Below, piece after piece: positions 10,525-21,621 of a DNA stretch of 47,348 nt. A program made the translations under genes and the position numbers. Under the pieces are notes generated by a model. It had not been told where the DNA came from, searched no databases, and saw only the letters and a program-made list of their open reading frames with translations. The stretch's first letter is position 1. The number at the start of each line of letters is the position of its first letter. The stretch comes from Catajapyx aquilonaris (Eukaryota): contig KZ538955.1 of NCBI GenBank assembly GCA_000934665.2, forward strand, positions 1 through 47,348, read 5' to 3'.

Positions 10525-10891
10525 TTTTTGACGCGAAGACCTCTTTAAAATCGGATCAGTATTGGGGGGAGTGAATTGATTGTTTATTATCAGTATTGAA
10601 GTCTGGACACATACATGGTGACCGTAAAGTCTGGACACATACGTACATGGTGACCCTAATCACTCTGCATGCCAGTCCGTCACGGAACTGGGACCCACAT
10701 GGTGACCCTAAAATCTGGACACATGCATGGTCACTGGTCAGTTGTCACCCCTGGCAGGGCCCTGACTGTAACGCTCACACGCCACCTCGGATATAGTAGA
10801 CATGGCTCACGCGCCCCCTGGCAGGGCCCTGACTGTAACGCTTTTTCGTTAGGGTACTGATCCGATTTTATAGACGTATTCACGTCAAAAA
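10525..10891. mobile_element. Non-autonomous TIR element
   Basis: 37-bp inverted ends TTTTTGACGYGAAKACSTCTWTAAAATCGGATCAGTA (4 mismatches). Internal direct repeats TCTGGACACAT..ATGGT (x3) and CCCTGGCAGGGCCCTGACTGTAACGCT (x2). Confidence 0.8.
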
Positions 10892-11111
10892 AAAGCCACT
10901 AAAGCCCTTTCAGTGTGGTCCATTTTCCAGACTTAATTACTGGAGAAGTGTGGTGCTGGCATCCAAATTCGTTTGACCTAAATTATTCTCTGTATTACAT
11001 TACCTGGGATATATCAAAGGCCAAAGCTTGCACTATACTCATCATTGAAGCATGAAGCATCACCATGAAGAACTGTAAGATGTCGTTTTAACGCAGGTGG
11101 TGAAGGTGATA

Positions 11112-11659
11112 CCGTATGATCTCTCATAAAGTGGCATGGTCGACCAGTTTTTAGAAATGCATGATCTGGTGGCTATACCAGCATGCAGGTATAAGGGGAG
11201 GTATGCCGGTATAAGGGGAGTATGATCATTTTTGTCCAAACTTGACATTTGCCTGAAATTCGAAATTGACGTAAAGGCTATCGAAAAGGCACATTTTCCG
11301 AATAGGGTACCCTGAGGGGTAGATACCATAGAGTAGGCTATTGTTTTCAATTGCAGTGTCTCAGCAATAATCTCTATTTAAACAGCATGTTGGAGCAGGG
11401 GGTTCCCCTATATCAGAGCAAGCTGAGATTGAATTTGTCACACACGCTACATTTTTTATATGCACTGTGTAACGGAACTTGCATATTCTCACAACCTGTA
11501 CACTCGCCCATTTTCATTGTAACATTATTTTAGTAAGGTACCAGAAGCATTCCAAAAAATTTGGCAAGGATAAAAATTACGGAAATCTACCTCGGTTATT
11601 GCGGCATGCCGGCCACCCCCGGGTTATACCGGCATGCCGATTTATGAGCGGTAATACTG
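11112..11659. mobile_element. MITE, Tc1/mariner-pogo type
   Basis: TA|CCGTATGATCTCTCATAAAGTGGCATG ... CATGCCGATTTATGAGCGGTAATACTG|TA. Repeated GCATGCCGG/GGTATAA motifs. Confidence 0.7.
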
Positions 11660-12696
11660 TATAAATTAGTGTTTCGGCAAGATGGGTTTCTTATTTGGTT
11701 CAGTATATAATATATATTTCTCAATGCTCCAAAAATGCTCAACTGCCTCGACGTAATATACTGGAGGGGCCAGTATACTCCATTGGCTGCTCGTAGGCTG
11801 ACGCTCCTTCGTAGTGACCCTTCGCTGTGGACACAGCCACACAGGAATCTCCCCAGGGCTGACATCTCTTGTCACGGTGAGGCTCTGTTATCAATCCATG
11901 GCCGGTCGATTCAGGAGTATGGCCGGATTGGAGGGTGGCATCGTAGTCCAGTTCAGTGTGTCTCATGTAGTATCTTAGTATGATTGGCAGATGGATAGAG
12001 ACTCCCCCCTTCGCAAGGTTGCAGCCCCCCTATATTGGATATGAGGCGTGAGGCATGATGGGAGATGAGGCAAAGGCGATAACCTGGGGGAAAGCAAGCT
12101 TGTACTGAAGGTTGCATACTCCCCAGGATAAAGTGAGGACTGATCCTCACAAGAACACCCTATGCAAAGCACAAGACCACAAGATATTAATGTCGAGGTC
12201 TTGTGACATACAGTAGATGAGTTCCACAAATATCTACTTTAAATAATAATAATAAAATGGGGAAGACCTGGCCAATATGGCCTTACACCCAAAAATATCT
12301 AGTATTGGTATGTGTCAGGGAGAAAGTGACAGGCAGGTAACAGGGGGTTGACGTGGACACTAGTCCTGGTAATGAGAACTTAGCAATTAAATTGTATTTT
12401 AACACTTCGACAAACATATTCACACAGTCTTAAAAATCACAGTTTGTTTCATGGGAGCAACATTAACCCAGCACAGCCATATTTATGTCAGGTAAGAGCA
12501 GCAGAGGTGTCACTATTCTATGCTGCACTCAATAATGATAATTTTAAACTCAATTTGTTTTACATATGTGTACATATGAGTGTATGTGTAACATATTAGA
12601 TTTCTCCAGGTACCGGTACATAAAAATTTACACAACGTTTCATATAATATGTTTGTCTATGCATCTTATATTGCAGTGGGAACTTCACAATACTTA

Positions 12697-13284
12697 CAAG
12701 GGAAGTGTAAGTGTTGTCCGTGGAGTTGCTGAATGAAACTTGGCACAATAATATAGGCAGGTAAGTTATTAAACAAAATACAAACAATTTAGGCGAATGC
12801 CCACAAGGTCAAAAGACCTCTGGAACTCACAAGGGACACTTTCCAAGGTCTCACCGATTTTCTTGAAATTCGGTACATTGGTAGGCACCCCAAGGGATGA
12901 AAAACGCACCTAAAGTGACCTGCTCAAAATGACCCAGTGACCCCTTTTTGGGGGGCAGAGGTAACTCTTAAATGCCGAAAACTCACAGATTTTCTTGAAA
13001 TTCGGTGCATTGGTATTTGGTAGCCCCCAAAAAGGAGGGGGGGGGGGGTCATTTTGAGCAGGTCTCTTTAGGTGCGTTTTTCATCCCTTGGGGTGGCCTA
13101 CCAATGTACCGAATTTCAAGAAAATCGGTGAGACCTTGGAAAGTGTCCCAGTTCGAGAGGTCATAACTTTTGACCTTGTGGGCATTCGCCTAAATTGTTT
13201 GCATTTTGTTTAATAACTTACCTGCCTATATTATTGTGCCAAGTTTCATTCAGCAACTCCACGGACACACTTACACTTCCCTTG
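12697..13284. mobile_element. Foldback element with ~260-bp near-perfect inverted arms
   Basis: CAAGGGAAGTGTAAGTG...CACTTACACTTCCCTTG. Arms ~12697-12955 and ~13023-13284, flanked on both sides by TTA. Confidence 0.9.
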
Positions 13285-13343
13285 TTAGCTTCAACATACA
13301 GTAAATAAAATGAAATGGCATGCCACAAAAATAAACGAAAAGG

Positions 13344-13520
13344 AATCCATTATAATACCGGTGTGTGCACAGTACATTGTGGCAGAACTTTCCAACTTAC
13401 TGCTTAGTGTCAGCATATAACGCTGACATATCACAACGACAAATAAGCCAACAAGAAATCCATTCTATATACTGGTATGCGCACATTAGGTTGTGGCAGA
13501 ACTTTACAATTTGCTTAGTG
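13344..13520. repeat. Diverged direct duplication (~65-bp units, 113-bp spacing) downstream of CNTD1 stop
   Basis: AATCCATT..TAC.GGT.TG.GCACA..TTGTGGCAGAACTTT.CAA..TGCTTAGTG at 13344 and 13457. Confidence 0.75.
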
Positions 13521-13598
13521 AACAAATAACACAGGAATGGAAATATCAGATATATTATACAGGTGGCAAGAATGTGATATGCATATCGTCACTTTGAC

Positions 13599-13794
13599 TT
13601 ATTTCTTCTCTCCTAAGCTAATCTCGAGAAGGAGAGTTGCCAATGAGACAATTGAATGAACAACCAGATGGGTGGAGGCATTTAGGATTTGGAGTATCTC
13701 CGAGGTCAGGTCCTGGCACACTAAATATGACGCTGCAGTCACCACGGCGCTTCCAAGGTAGAGGTAGTCTGCCTCAACACAAGCCAACTTTGCC
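13599..13794 (-). CDS. CNTD1: CNTD1 terminal exon
   Basis: TTTCCCAACAG|G acceptor (phase 2), encodes AKLACVEADYLYLGSAVVTAAS...EKK*. Confidence 0.88.
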
Positions 13795-16023
13795 CTGTTG
13801 GGAAACGGAGCAGAAGGATCTACGTGAGAGACAAATTAGTGATTCACTGCTGCTCATAGCAATTAATATGAAATAACCATGCTACTTGGACATGATGCTG
13901 GCTTCGCAAGCAAGTTGGTTCCTAATTATGATTGATGCTTTAATTGCTATCAACACTTGCCATTTTATGTGAACTCTTCACATTTTGAATGTATTTCCTT
14001 TTGCATGTATTGAAAACCGCTGCATGCAGTGGAACTCAGCATTTCTAGCAGCTATAGGCAGATTTTTCTCTAATATTGTAGCAGTGCATTACAGATATTA
14101 TTGACTTACTTGTCCTCTTCAGTGATCATCATATTCCCAGTGACTGACGCAAAGAATCGGTCATACAGTCTCCTGTGTTCTAAGTAGGATGTGTCTATGA
14201 GTCTTACGCAGGCCTGGTAGAAGATGCAGGTCTTCACCTTTTCGCTCTGCACTGCCAGGAGACACTCCACGTAATCCAACGGAGTGGGCACCAACATCTT
14301 AAAATTTAATAATGCCAGTCATTTAGTTTGTTCAACAAAGAGGAATGCATTTCTATGTCAAGTTGCAAGTTTTTGTCATAGCATGCAATGTATTATTCTT
14401 ATTATTGTAGGTTCCTGCTCTTGTACCCAAGCTAGCTGTAACAAGCAACTGTGCCACTTTAGTGCTTTTTAGTGTTTGTGTTACTTGCTGGACTACCTTA
14501 AAATAATATGATTTATATCGCAACCACATCAAGTACCTGAAAGGATAGCGTGCTGAGCACCCGAATTTCGGAAGTTACAATGCTCTTCAGGCTGTACCCT
14601 TTTCCCAGCGCATCCTTGACGTACTGCTGGACCTTTTGAGGGCTGAGCCCCTGATAGTGCTTCACAACTTTAGAGGCAAGCTGCATACAACTGAGCACCC
14701 GGAGGGTCACCTGCTCCTTGGCTCGCTCCACAATCTTGGCCCACACTTCCTGCTTTCTGAGCTGGTAGCTCAAGCTGCCTGGCCACCTCCTCTCCTTCTG
14801 AAGCACATCAGTCAGGTACTTGTTGAGGTTCTGCTCATGCCTCTCCACAAAGCGATTGAACAGCTCTACGCTCAAGTAGCATATGGCCGGGCTCATCCCC
14901 AGTCGTTTGGATGTGACAAAGATAAACTTGGCCGTGCTGCAGTCAAAAGTCGATCTTCTCATTTGTTTCAGTGCATTCTGGACCTCCAACCAGTTACGAC
15001 GACGCAGATCCGCAATCCAATCATCTAGCATGTCACCTGCAATTTGGGTGTTGCAGTGAGAGAGTACACACTGCTAAAGTGTGCAAGGTCATTGACCTAT
15101 CACCTAGTTAAAAATTGATTTTGTTCTGGACCATTGTATAGCAGGTAGGTACAGTTTTTTCCAACCTTTTTTGTTCTAATTGCATGCCAAAGGTCAATGG
15201 AATAATTATGTTGCCCAAGATGAAACATATGGGCACTATCCCCCCAAGAGAGCACTGCTCTACCACAGGGGAAAGAAAATATATAAATATATAAATAAAA
15301 ATAATCATATGGGCACTACCGGTCCCAACCTTAATTCTGTGCCTATTAGCAACTGAATAGTGTGGACCAGTATATTATCATAGTTCCAGGCAAGTAGTTA
15401 GTTTTAATTATATAGTGGACAAGTACTGGACCAGTATTCCACAGTACCATGTAAATGACATGTAATGCGGCAATGCAATGTGTATACGTACGTGACACTG
15501 TCGGGGTCCAGTCCAGCGGGGTGTCGTCCATCTCTAGTGAGCCTTGGTTGCTTGGACCGCTCGACGACACCTCTTCATCCGATTGGAACTCTGTAATAAT
15601 CACGTCGAATCTACAGATATTTCTCGGCCAAAATCGCCTCTATCTCAGCAGGTCAATGCACCCAATTGGAACAAAAATAAAAAATAAACAAAAATCCAAT
15701 TAATCTGGCCACCTTGCAACTAACTCCTTATTTTACTAACCATACCGTGCTATTGCGGGTTTTAGTTAATAATCCGGATCGTGCATGTACAAAAATTATT
15801 AAATTCAATTGTTAAAGCTCGGTGCATGCTCTGCGTCTGGAAACTCACTTGCATGCCTTCCTCGCCATTTCTCACTTTTTTCTTCAAGGTTTTGGTTCGA
15901 AAGAGGCTGCGTTTGATCTAGTCGCATCGTCGTATCAGGGAAAGTAAGCAGGGACGGTACTGGTGCAGTGTACACATTGTGGGCGTTGTCTTGGGGGTAG
16001 AAAAAGGCAGCCCCATCCCCCAT
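13599..16023 (-). CDS. CNTD1: Cyclin N-terminal domain-containing protein 1 (COSA-1 family); exons 16023-15849, 15590-15492, 15036-14537, 14297-14110, 13794-13599 (1158 nt, 385 aa)
   Basis: Divergent cyclin fold with CNTD1-type motifs: YLSVELFNRF, LRVLSCMQLASK, SEIRVLSTLSFQ/MLVPTPLDYVECLL, LIDTSYLEHRRLYD, VEADYLYLGSAVVTAAS. GT-AG introns with consistent phases. Exons 1-2 are less certain. Confidence 0.9.
14110..14297 (-). CDS. CNTD1: CNTD1 exon 4
   Basis: TTTTAAG|ATG acceptor, PTPLDYVECLL motif, AA|GTAAGT donor. Confidence 0.9.
14537..15036 (-). CDS. CNTD1: CNTD1 exon 3 (cyclin box)
   Basis: TTGCAG|GT GAC ATG acceptor, CAG|GTACTT donor, covers ORF 14513-15031. Confidence 0.92.
15492..15590 (-). 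CDS. CNTD1: CNTD1 putative exon 2 (acidic, FQSDEEVSSSGPSNQGSLEMDDTPLDWTPTVS)
   Basis: TTATTACAG| acceptor, C|GTACGT donor, 99 nt phase 1-1. Confidence 0.65.
15849..16023 (-). CDS. CNTD1: CNTD1 putative exon 1
   Basis: ATG at 16023, open frame to a phase-1 donor A|GTGAGTTT that fits the next exon. No homology support. Confidence 0.5.
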
Positions 16024-16192
16024 GACACTCCTCTAATAGTACCAAAATTCGACCAAAATAGTACCTGATAGTACGGTACGTTAATACCTGTGTCTCGGCT
16101 AGGGTGAAATTTGGCGCTGGCGGCGCTAGATCTCGGCGAGAGAGCCATCTCTGGGTATTTTCTCGAACTAATGCGAGCGGCGCTGCCCCCCN

Positions 16193-16254
<62 letters not shown>
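16193..16254. repeat. (CT)n microsatellite
   Basis: Perfect dinucleotide run upstream of CNTD1. Confidence 0.98.
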
Positions 16255-16257
<3 letters not shown>

Positions 16258-16400
16258 CACTTGCACCTTGCACATCCCCTCCCAGTCACCCTGCCCGTGG
16301 GTCCTACGTCTACCTACGCCCGTGGGCGCTACGTCAAAATGTTCAATCAGGACGAAATAAAGGTTCCCTCCCTGCGGAACGATGCAGGGAGGTATATAGC
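16255..16400 (+). mobile_element. 5'-truncated SINE fragment related to the 18363-18708 SINE
   Basis: TTGCAC..TGCACATCCCCTCC..GTCA.CC.GCCCGTGGG..GGGCG...CGTCAAA..GTTC..AATAAAGG is shared with 18551-18643. Ends in its own stem-loop CCTCCCTGC/GCAGGGAGG. Confidence 0.7.
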
Positions 16401-17570
16401 TTTTTAAAAAAACTATCTTCATACTGTATCTAAAGTACAGTATTGCACAATATGGAATCTAAAATCATCACTGAGGAGAAGCTCTTTTCTTTTCAACTTG
16501 TTATTTATTTTGGAAAAATAGCAGATTAAATTTTAAAAAACTTTTTCCCAACAAGTGTCGGAATTACCCCACAGGGGAATGCAATATCATATGGAGGTGG
16601 TCAGTGAGAGTTTTATTTACTGCAGATGGGGGTAAATGCAACACCTGAACTAATGATGCATTTTGGAAATTTTGTAGCAATTTTTAGCCAAATTTAGTGA
16701 GGTCCAATCATTATATTGGTTATATTAAAAGTATTGTGAAGTACCGGTACATATTTTCTGGGGCAACATTATCAGCAGTCAGTATGCCAGAAATCTCTAA
16801 AATAATAAAACCAANTGCAACAGAAATGCTTCTAAATGTCCCGGGAGTTAAAAGTATTTCTTTCGGAACATCATTTTCCTATACTACTCCATGAAAGCGC
16901 GGGGAATATCGGCCCGATCGCGCCAGTGGCGCCGCCAGTGGCTGGACCCACTTCAGCATTCTACCGTATCGAGGAAGTCTGGCCACCATACCCTGTTTAT
17001 ACATCTTGAATAAAACCAACCTGAAGTTCAAATACAGGTATTAAATTTCATTGGAGTCTGAAATAGGTTAATTCCAACATGCAAAAGCAACACGAATTTA
17101 CGTTTAAAAAAATCTCTCTTGGAGTAGGCCCTATGTCCTATTGTTTTCCCTTTTCACTATTTTGCAGCAGAGATAAGAGCATATTGGTTGTGACTATGTA
17201 TGCAGATAAGGATTTACTGCCAATTTTTTGACAAAGTTCATTTTCAGCATGCCCAGTGTACTTTCAGTCATGTGTAAGTATAGGTGTTGGCACATTTTCC
17301 CATATACGGTTCGACCTCCCATGCCTCTATCAGGCAAGTAAATATTTCGGGAATAAGTGCAGCCGTATTTTTTGGCACGATCATAACGCGACATGCACCC
17401 AAAGAGGCCAAAGTTGCAGCAATTCTTCACTTCGTCCCCATATTTTATTACAAACTTTTAACACTCATTGGTAGAGCCATTACCCAAAAATGTGACCTTA
17501 GAATGGAATATTTACTTTTAACTGTCAATGGCGGAGCAGTAACGTAACAACTCTACCTTAAAAGTACATA

Positions 17571-17810
17571 AGGTGAAGTGGGGGAAGTGCACACCCGGGG
17601 TAAGTGCGTTTTTCTCAAAATGAATAATTTTCACTTGTCTTCTTATTGCAGAGAACCCTTCAATTATTCTAATGAATCAAGGAACTATATAAGGTGAAGT
17701 GGGGTGCAGCTACATAGCTGACGCGTTTTGGTGTCGTCAGCCATTTTCATTCCAATATGGCGGCACAATATGTGCACTTACCCCGGGTGTGCACTTCCCC
17801 CACTTCACCT
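17571..17810. mobile_element. MITE with 37-bp perfect TIRs and TA duplication
   Basis: TA|AGGTGAAGTGGGGGAAGTGCACACCCGGGGTAAGTGC ... GCACTTACCCCGGGTGTGCACTTCCCCCACTTCACCT|TA. Confidence 0.85.
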
Positions 17811-17840
17811 TATATAGTTCCTTGATTCATTAGAATAATT

Positions 17841-18814
17841 GAAGGGTTCTCTGCAATAAGAAGGCAAGTGAAAATTGTTCATTTTGAGAAAAACGCACTT
17901 GAACATTTGATTTTGTGAAAATTCGACTAAAGTAGAAGGTAGTGCTGGTATATATGTGAATCATTTGAAGATACCATAATGTCCCATCAAATACATGTGA
18001 AACATTTTACCTAGCACACTTTGTTTTTAAGAAATAAATATACTTAGAAATTCCATTTACCTTCTTGCAGTCTATTAGGCTCGTGTCAAGAGTCACGAAC
18101 TTTGACCTGCCAACATGACACGTAATTTTAATCGGATATTTTTTTGGATGCTATTACCGGATTATGCGTACCGTTTAGAATTGAAAGCCAGCACCTTTTT
18201 CATGTATGAGGGGTGCACATCTACTGAAATAATCGGATTATGACTTATGTAAGCCACCGTGGTGGCGCCACCTAGCTACTATGCCCTGATACAGGTGCAA
18301 GGCTTGTGTCATTAGCCTTTAATTACCACATAAAGGCGCCACGTAGGCCTTAGAGATCGTGGAGGGGGAGGGGGAGTGGCGCCACGGTAACGTGCGCGCC
18401 CACGGATGTTAAAGTCCCGGGATCAAATCCCGCCCGGGGACACTCCCGTCATCCCGTGCAGAGTGTGGGTCGTCTCTGGCTTCGTTTCTGGGTGGAATAT
18501 CCAATAGACAAATCCACCCGGGGGAGTGCACAAAATGACCTCGTACAGCATTGCACTGCACTCTGCACATCCCCTCCTGTCATCCCGCCCGTGGGCCCGG
18601 GCGATTCGTCAAAGGTTCCAACTTGTACCATCTTGAATAAAGGCTGTGCTGATGCCCGCAAGGGTGAGCACTTACCCACAATTATTTTTATTTTTATATT
18701 TATTATTATTAGAGATCGTGGCAGTAGGTAGTTAAGAATATTTTCCAGCGTTTTAAAGCGAAAAACCTGTAAAGAAGGTAAGTCCACTTACCTTCTTATT
18801 GCAGAGAACCGTTC
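17841..18814. mobile_element. Non-autonomous TIR element with AATT flanks (Sola1-like target), containing a nested SINE
   Basis: AATT|GAAGGGTTCTCTGCAATAAGAAGGCAAGTG ... CACTTACCTTCTTATTGCAGAGAACCGTTC|AATT. Confidence 0.75.
18363..18708 (+). mobile_element. tRNA-derived SINE
   Basis: A-box-like TGGCGCCACGGT, B-box-like GGGATCAAATCCC, 3' stem-loop GTGCT..CCCGCAAGGG..AGCAC, AT-rich tail. 13-bp TSD TTAGAGATCGTGG at 18350-18362 and 18709-18721. Confidence 0.88.
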
Positions 18815-19057
18815 AATTATAAATATACTTGGGCCTCTGATTCGTATCACAGGAACTACAAAATGTCACCTTCGAACCGCACATGATTAGAACCGCAGAT
18901 GATTACAATCGCAGTTTATTAGACTGGAAAACTGATTGAGTCGTACACCTAAAATTGGGAGAACATAACTTTACCAAATTCCAGCGAACTGAACGCGTAT
19001 TGTTCCTCGTGCACGTGAACCAAGTCCGGCCAAGTCATCTCACTAATTAGCTTATAG

Positions 19058-19626
19058 CCTTGGCTTGGCGTCCACCACGATCTCACGACTTTGTACGGCG
19101 GAGTGGACAAGGCTTGGCTCCCAGACAATATCTGACAGGTTTTTTCGGCAGACGACTTGGCGCGTTTTTTACGAGTGCGTTTTTGAGGGGGATACTGTAT
19201 ATACTCGAATATGGTGGAAATCCAAGAAGGTCATGGGTGTCATGGACTCATGGCAAAGGCTGGTCTTGACGTGGAATATCCCATACAGCCTATACAGGGT
19301 GCGGAAATTTACGTTCCCTCGCTTTGTGGATGGTATAGAAGGTTATATAGACCAGCTTGACCTCTACCATGTTATCTACACGTGCTCTTTTTTTAATCAA
19401 GCGAGACAAACACACCTCAACGACTGGCCTAGAGTCCCCCCGGACAAAGTGTATGCATTGTTACAAGACCCACCCCCCCACATCCTGTATCAGCTATATT
19501 CATACTTTGTACAAGCCACAAGATTATTGAAACACGCTGAGATTACTTTGTAAACGCTTCCCCCTCCTGTTATGGGGTTTACCTAAAAGGAGGTTAATAA
19601 ACTACTATTATTATTATTATTATTAT
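19058..19626 (+). mobile_element. 5'-truncated non-LTR retrotransposon 3' end (ORF2 C-terminus, 3' UTR, tail)
   Basis: ORF 19065-19553 contains DLYHVIYTCSFFNQAR, like the H-x4-C-x6-R end of the LINE C-terminal zinc knuckle. It is followed by a CCTCCT...AGGAGG stem, AATAAA and a (TAT)n tail. Weak TTATAG flanking repeat. Confidence 0.6.
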
Positions 19627-21517
19627 AGAGTAGACGATCGTAGGGTTATATAGACGAGACGATCGTTTCAAGGATAGGCATCATGGATCACCGGAGCATA
19701 GTTCCCGAGATAATGGGCTTCAAACACATGGTATCAAAATATATCCTGGAAGGTATATGCGTCCCTTTACGCGACCTTGCCTTTTTCATATAAGGTTTTA
19801 GGCGTTTTCATGCAATTTAAATTTAAGATTCTATTCCATTAGGTATAGAAGGCAGTGGCCTAGGCAATAGAAGTGTCGTAGGCTGTATCTGCGACATAAG
19901 AGCTACTCTAACTCACTCTTTATTTAATCATAATTATCTGGGTAACTATAAGCTGCGGAGACCCACGGCATCCATATGCTATACTTAAAATTATCACCTA
20001 GAACCCCACTATACCATCCCCCAAAGCGAAGACAAGTTTCCGCACTCTGATGTGTAATAGTAATACAATACAATCTACATCTCATGACTTACTTGCCGGG
20101 TATGGTCCAGTACACTCTATGCGTCGAACAACATCACCCGAAAGATAGGTGGCAGGAAATGGTCATGACTTGCACTGGAACACTTAAATCCTAGTAATTT
20201 CCAGTTTGCGATCATAGAAAACCCTTATTTTCAGGCTTGTATTGGCGGCAGCAGTTGACACGAGTTACCCACAGGTGGCAGAAGCGCCTCGGCAGAATGC
20301 AAGTGGTCAGTGTAGATAAAGGCCTGCAGTACATAATCAACGTATCAACATAATATGAACAATCACATGCGGCGAGTACAATATTATTTATTCCTGAGGC
20401 ACAAATGATTCATTATTTTTCGTTATGTAATAATTTAAAAATGTGAAAATGTACCATTGTCTTAATGCGAAGAATTATTGCACCATTATTTGATTATTTT
20501 TTTTTACACCATTTACAATTATTGGTAGCTGACCTTCCAGGGACCTTCCAGGTTTTCTTTAAAGCCATGGAAGTAGGCCTATTATATTATCAGGTTTTCT
20601 GAGCTCCGTTTTTGCTGGGGGACACCCTAGTCTGATTACGATTTTCTTTATTTCACGTACACGACGCGTTGTCAAATCACAAAAGAATTTTTGGGATGAA
20701 ATATTGCCGAGCGGCCTCCATTAGCCAAAGTAGACTAAACCCCTGCCAATAAAGGCTCAGATATTTCTGCGTCACTGCTCATGAATTAGGACTGGAGGCC
20801 TTCGATTTAAACGAGGACGACAGAAAAGGGATAACAAAAAAAGAGGTAGGGGATTTATGCTCATATAGGCATCAGGATCAAAACGAACAAGTTTACGACT
20901 ACACGCTCAATTTATCAGACAACCATTCCAAAGACTTCTTTGAAATGGGATTCATTTCCGTATTTGCAATGGTGGGCCCTCAGTTTACAGCCAAACTGGT
21001 TAAAGGAAATCGTCTTATGAAATATTAATGGGAGGACGAAGGAATGTAAAACCAGTCATTACGCCCCCGGATTGAGTCACCCCTAAACACTCATTCACTC
21101 AATTCAGATTCAATTAGGTGGCGCAGTTGGTGTGTCATTAAATAGCCCTAGTAAATATTTTCGTGTTTCCTAATAGTATTGCCTGCTGAGACAGCGTGGT
21201 TATAATATACACATCGAATATATATTTTTACAGGCTCAGAAGACTAATCAATTTATGGCCGCACAATACAAACATAAGAGAGCTATAATTAACTAGGGTG
21301 GCCATACTCGACCTCTCAGATATTAAAGTATTGTACATTATCTTCTCCAAAGACCAGCACATTGGCAACCGTATGAGGCAGTTGGCTCAATACGATTTTA
21401 AAGTAAGTAACACCGTCGCGTGCTGGTCTCTGGCGAAGCACATTCAAATTAGCACCCACGCTGCTTCAGCAAGCAATGCCAGTAAATTCAGTGAAATTCA
21501 AATCCCCCCCCCCCCCC

Positions 21518-21621
21518 NNNNNNNNNNNNNNNNNNNNNNNNNNNNNNNNNNNNNNNNNNNNNNNNNNNNNNNNNNNNNNNNNNNNNNNNNNNNNNNNNNN
21601 NNNNNNNNNNNNNNNNNNNNN
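21518..21621. other. Assembly gap
   Basis: Run of N between poly-C and poly-A tracts. Confidence 0.99.

Noticed and set aside
10590..10845. CRISPR-like repeated units
   Set aside because: Eukaryotic context, irregular spacing and no cas genes. These are internal repeats of a TIR element.
14636..15028. 130-aa plus-strand ORF
   Set aside because: Antisense to CNTD1 exon 3, with no independent features.
15918..16433. ORFs with RE/SL dipeptide runs
   Set aside because: Derived from the (CT)n repeat. An upstream MALSPR start could not be spliced in frame to CNTD1 with a plausible intron.
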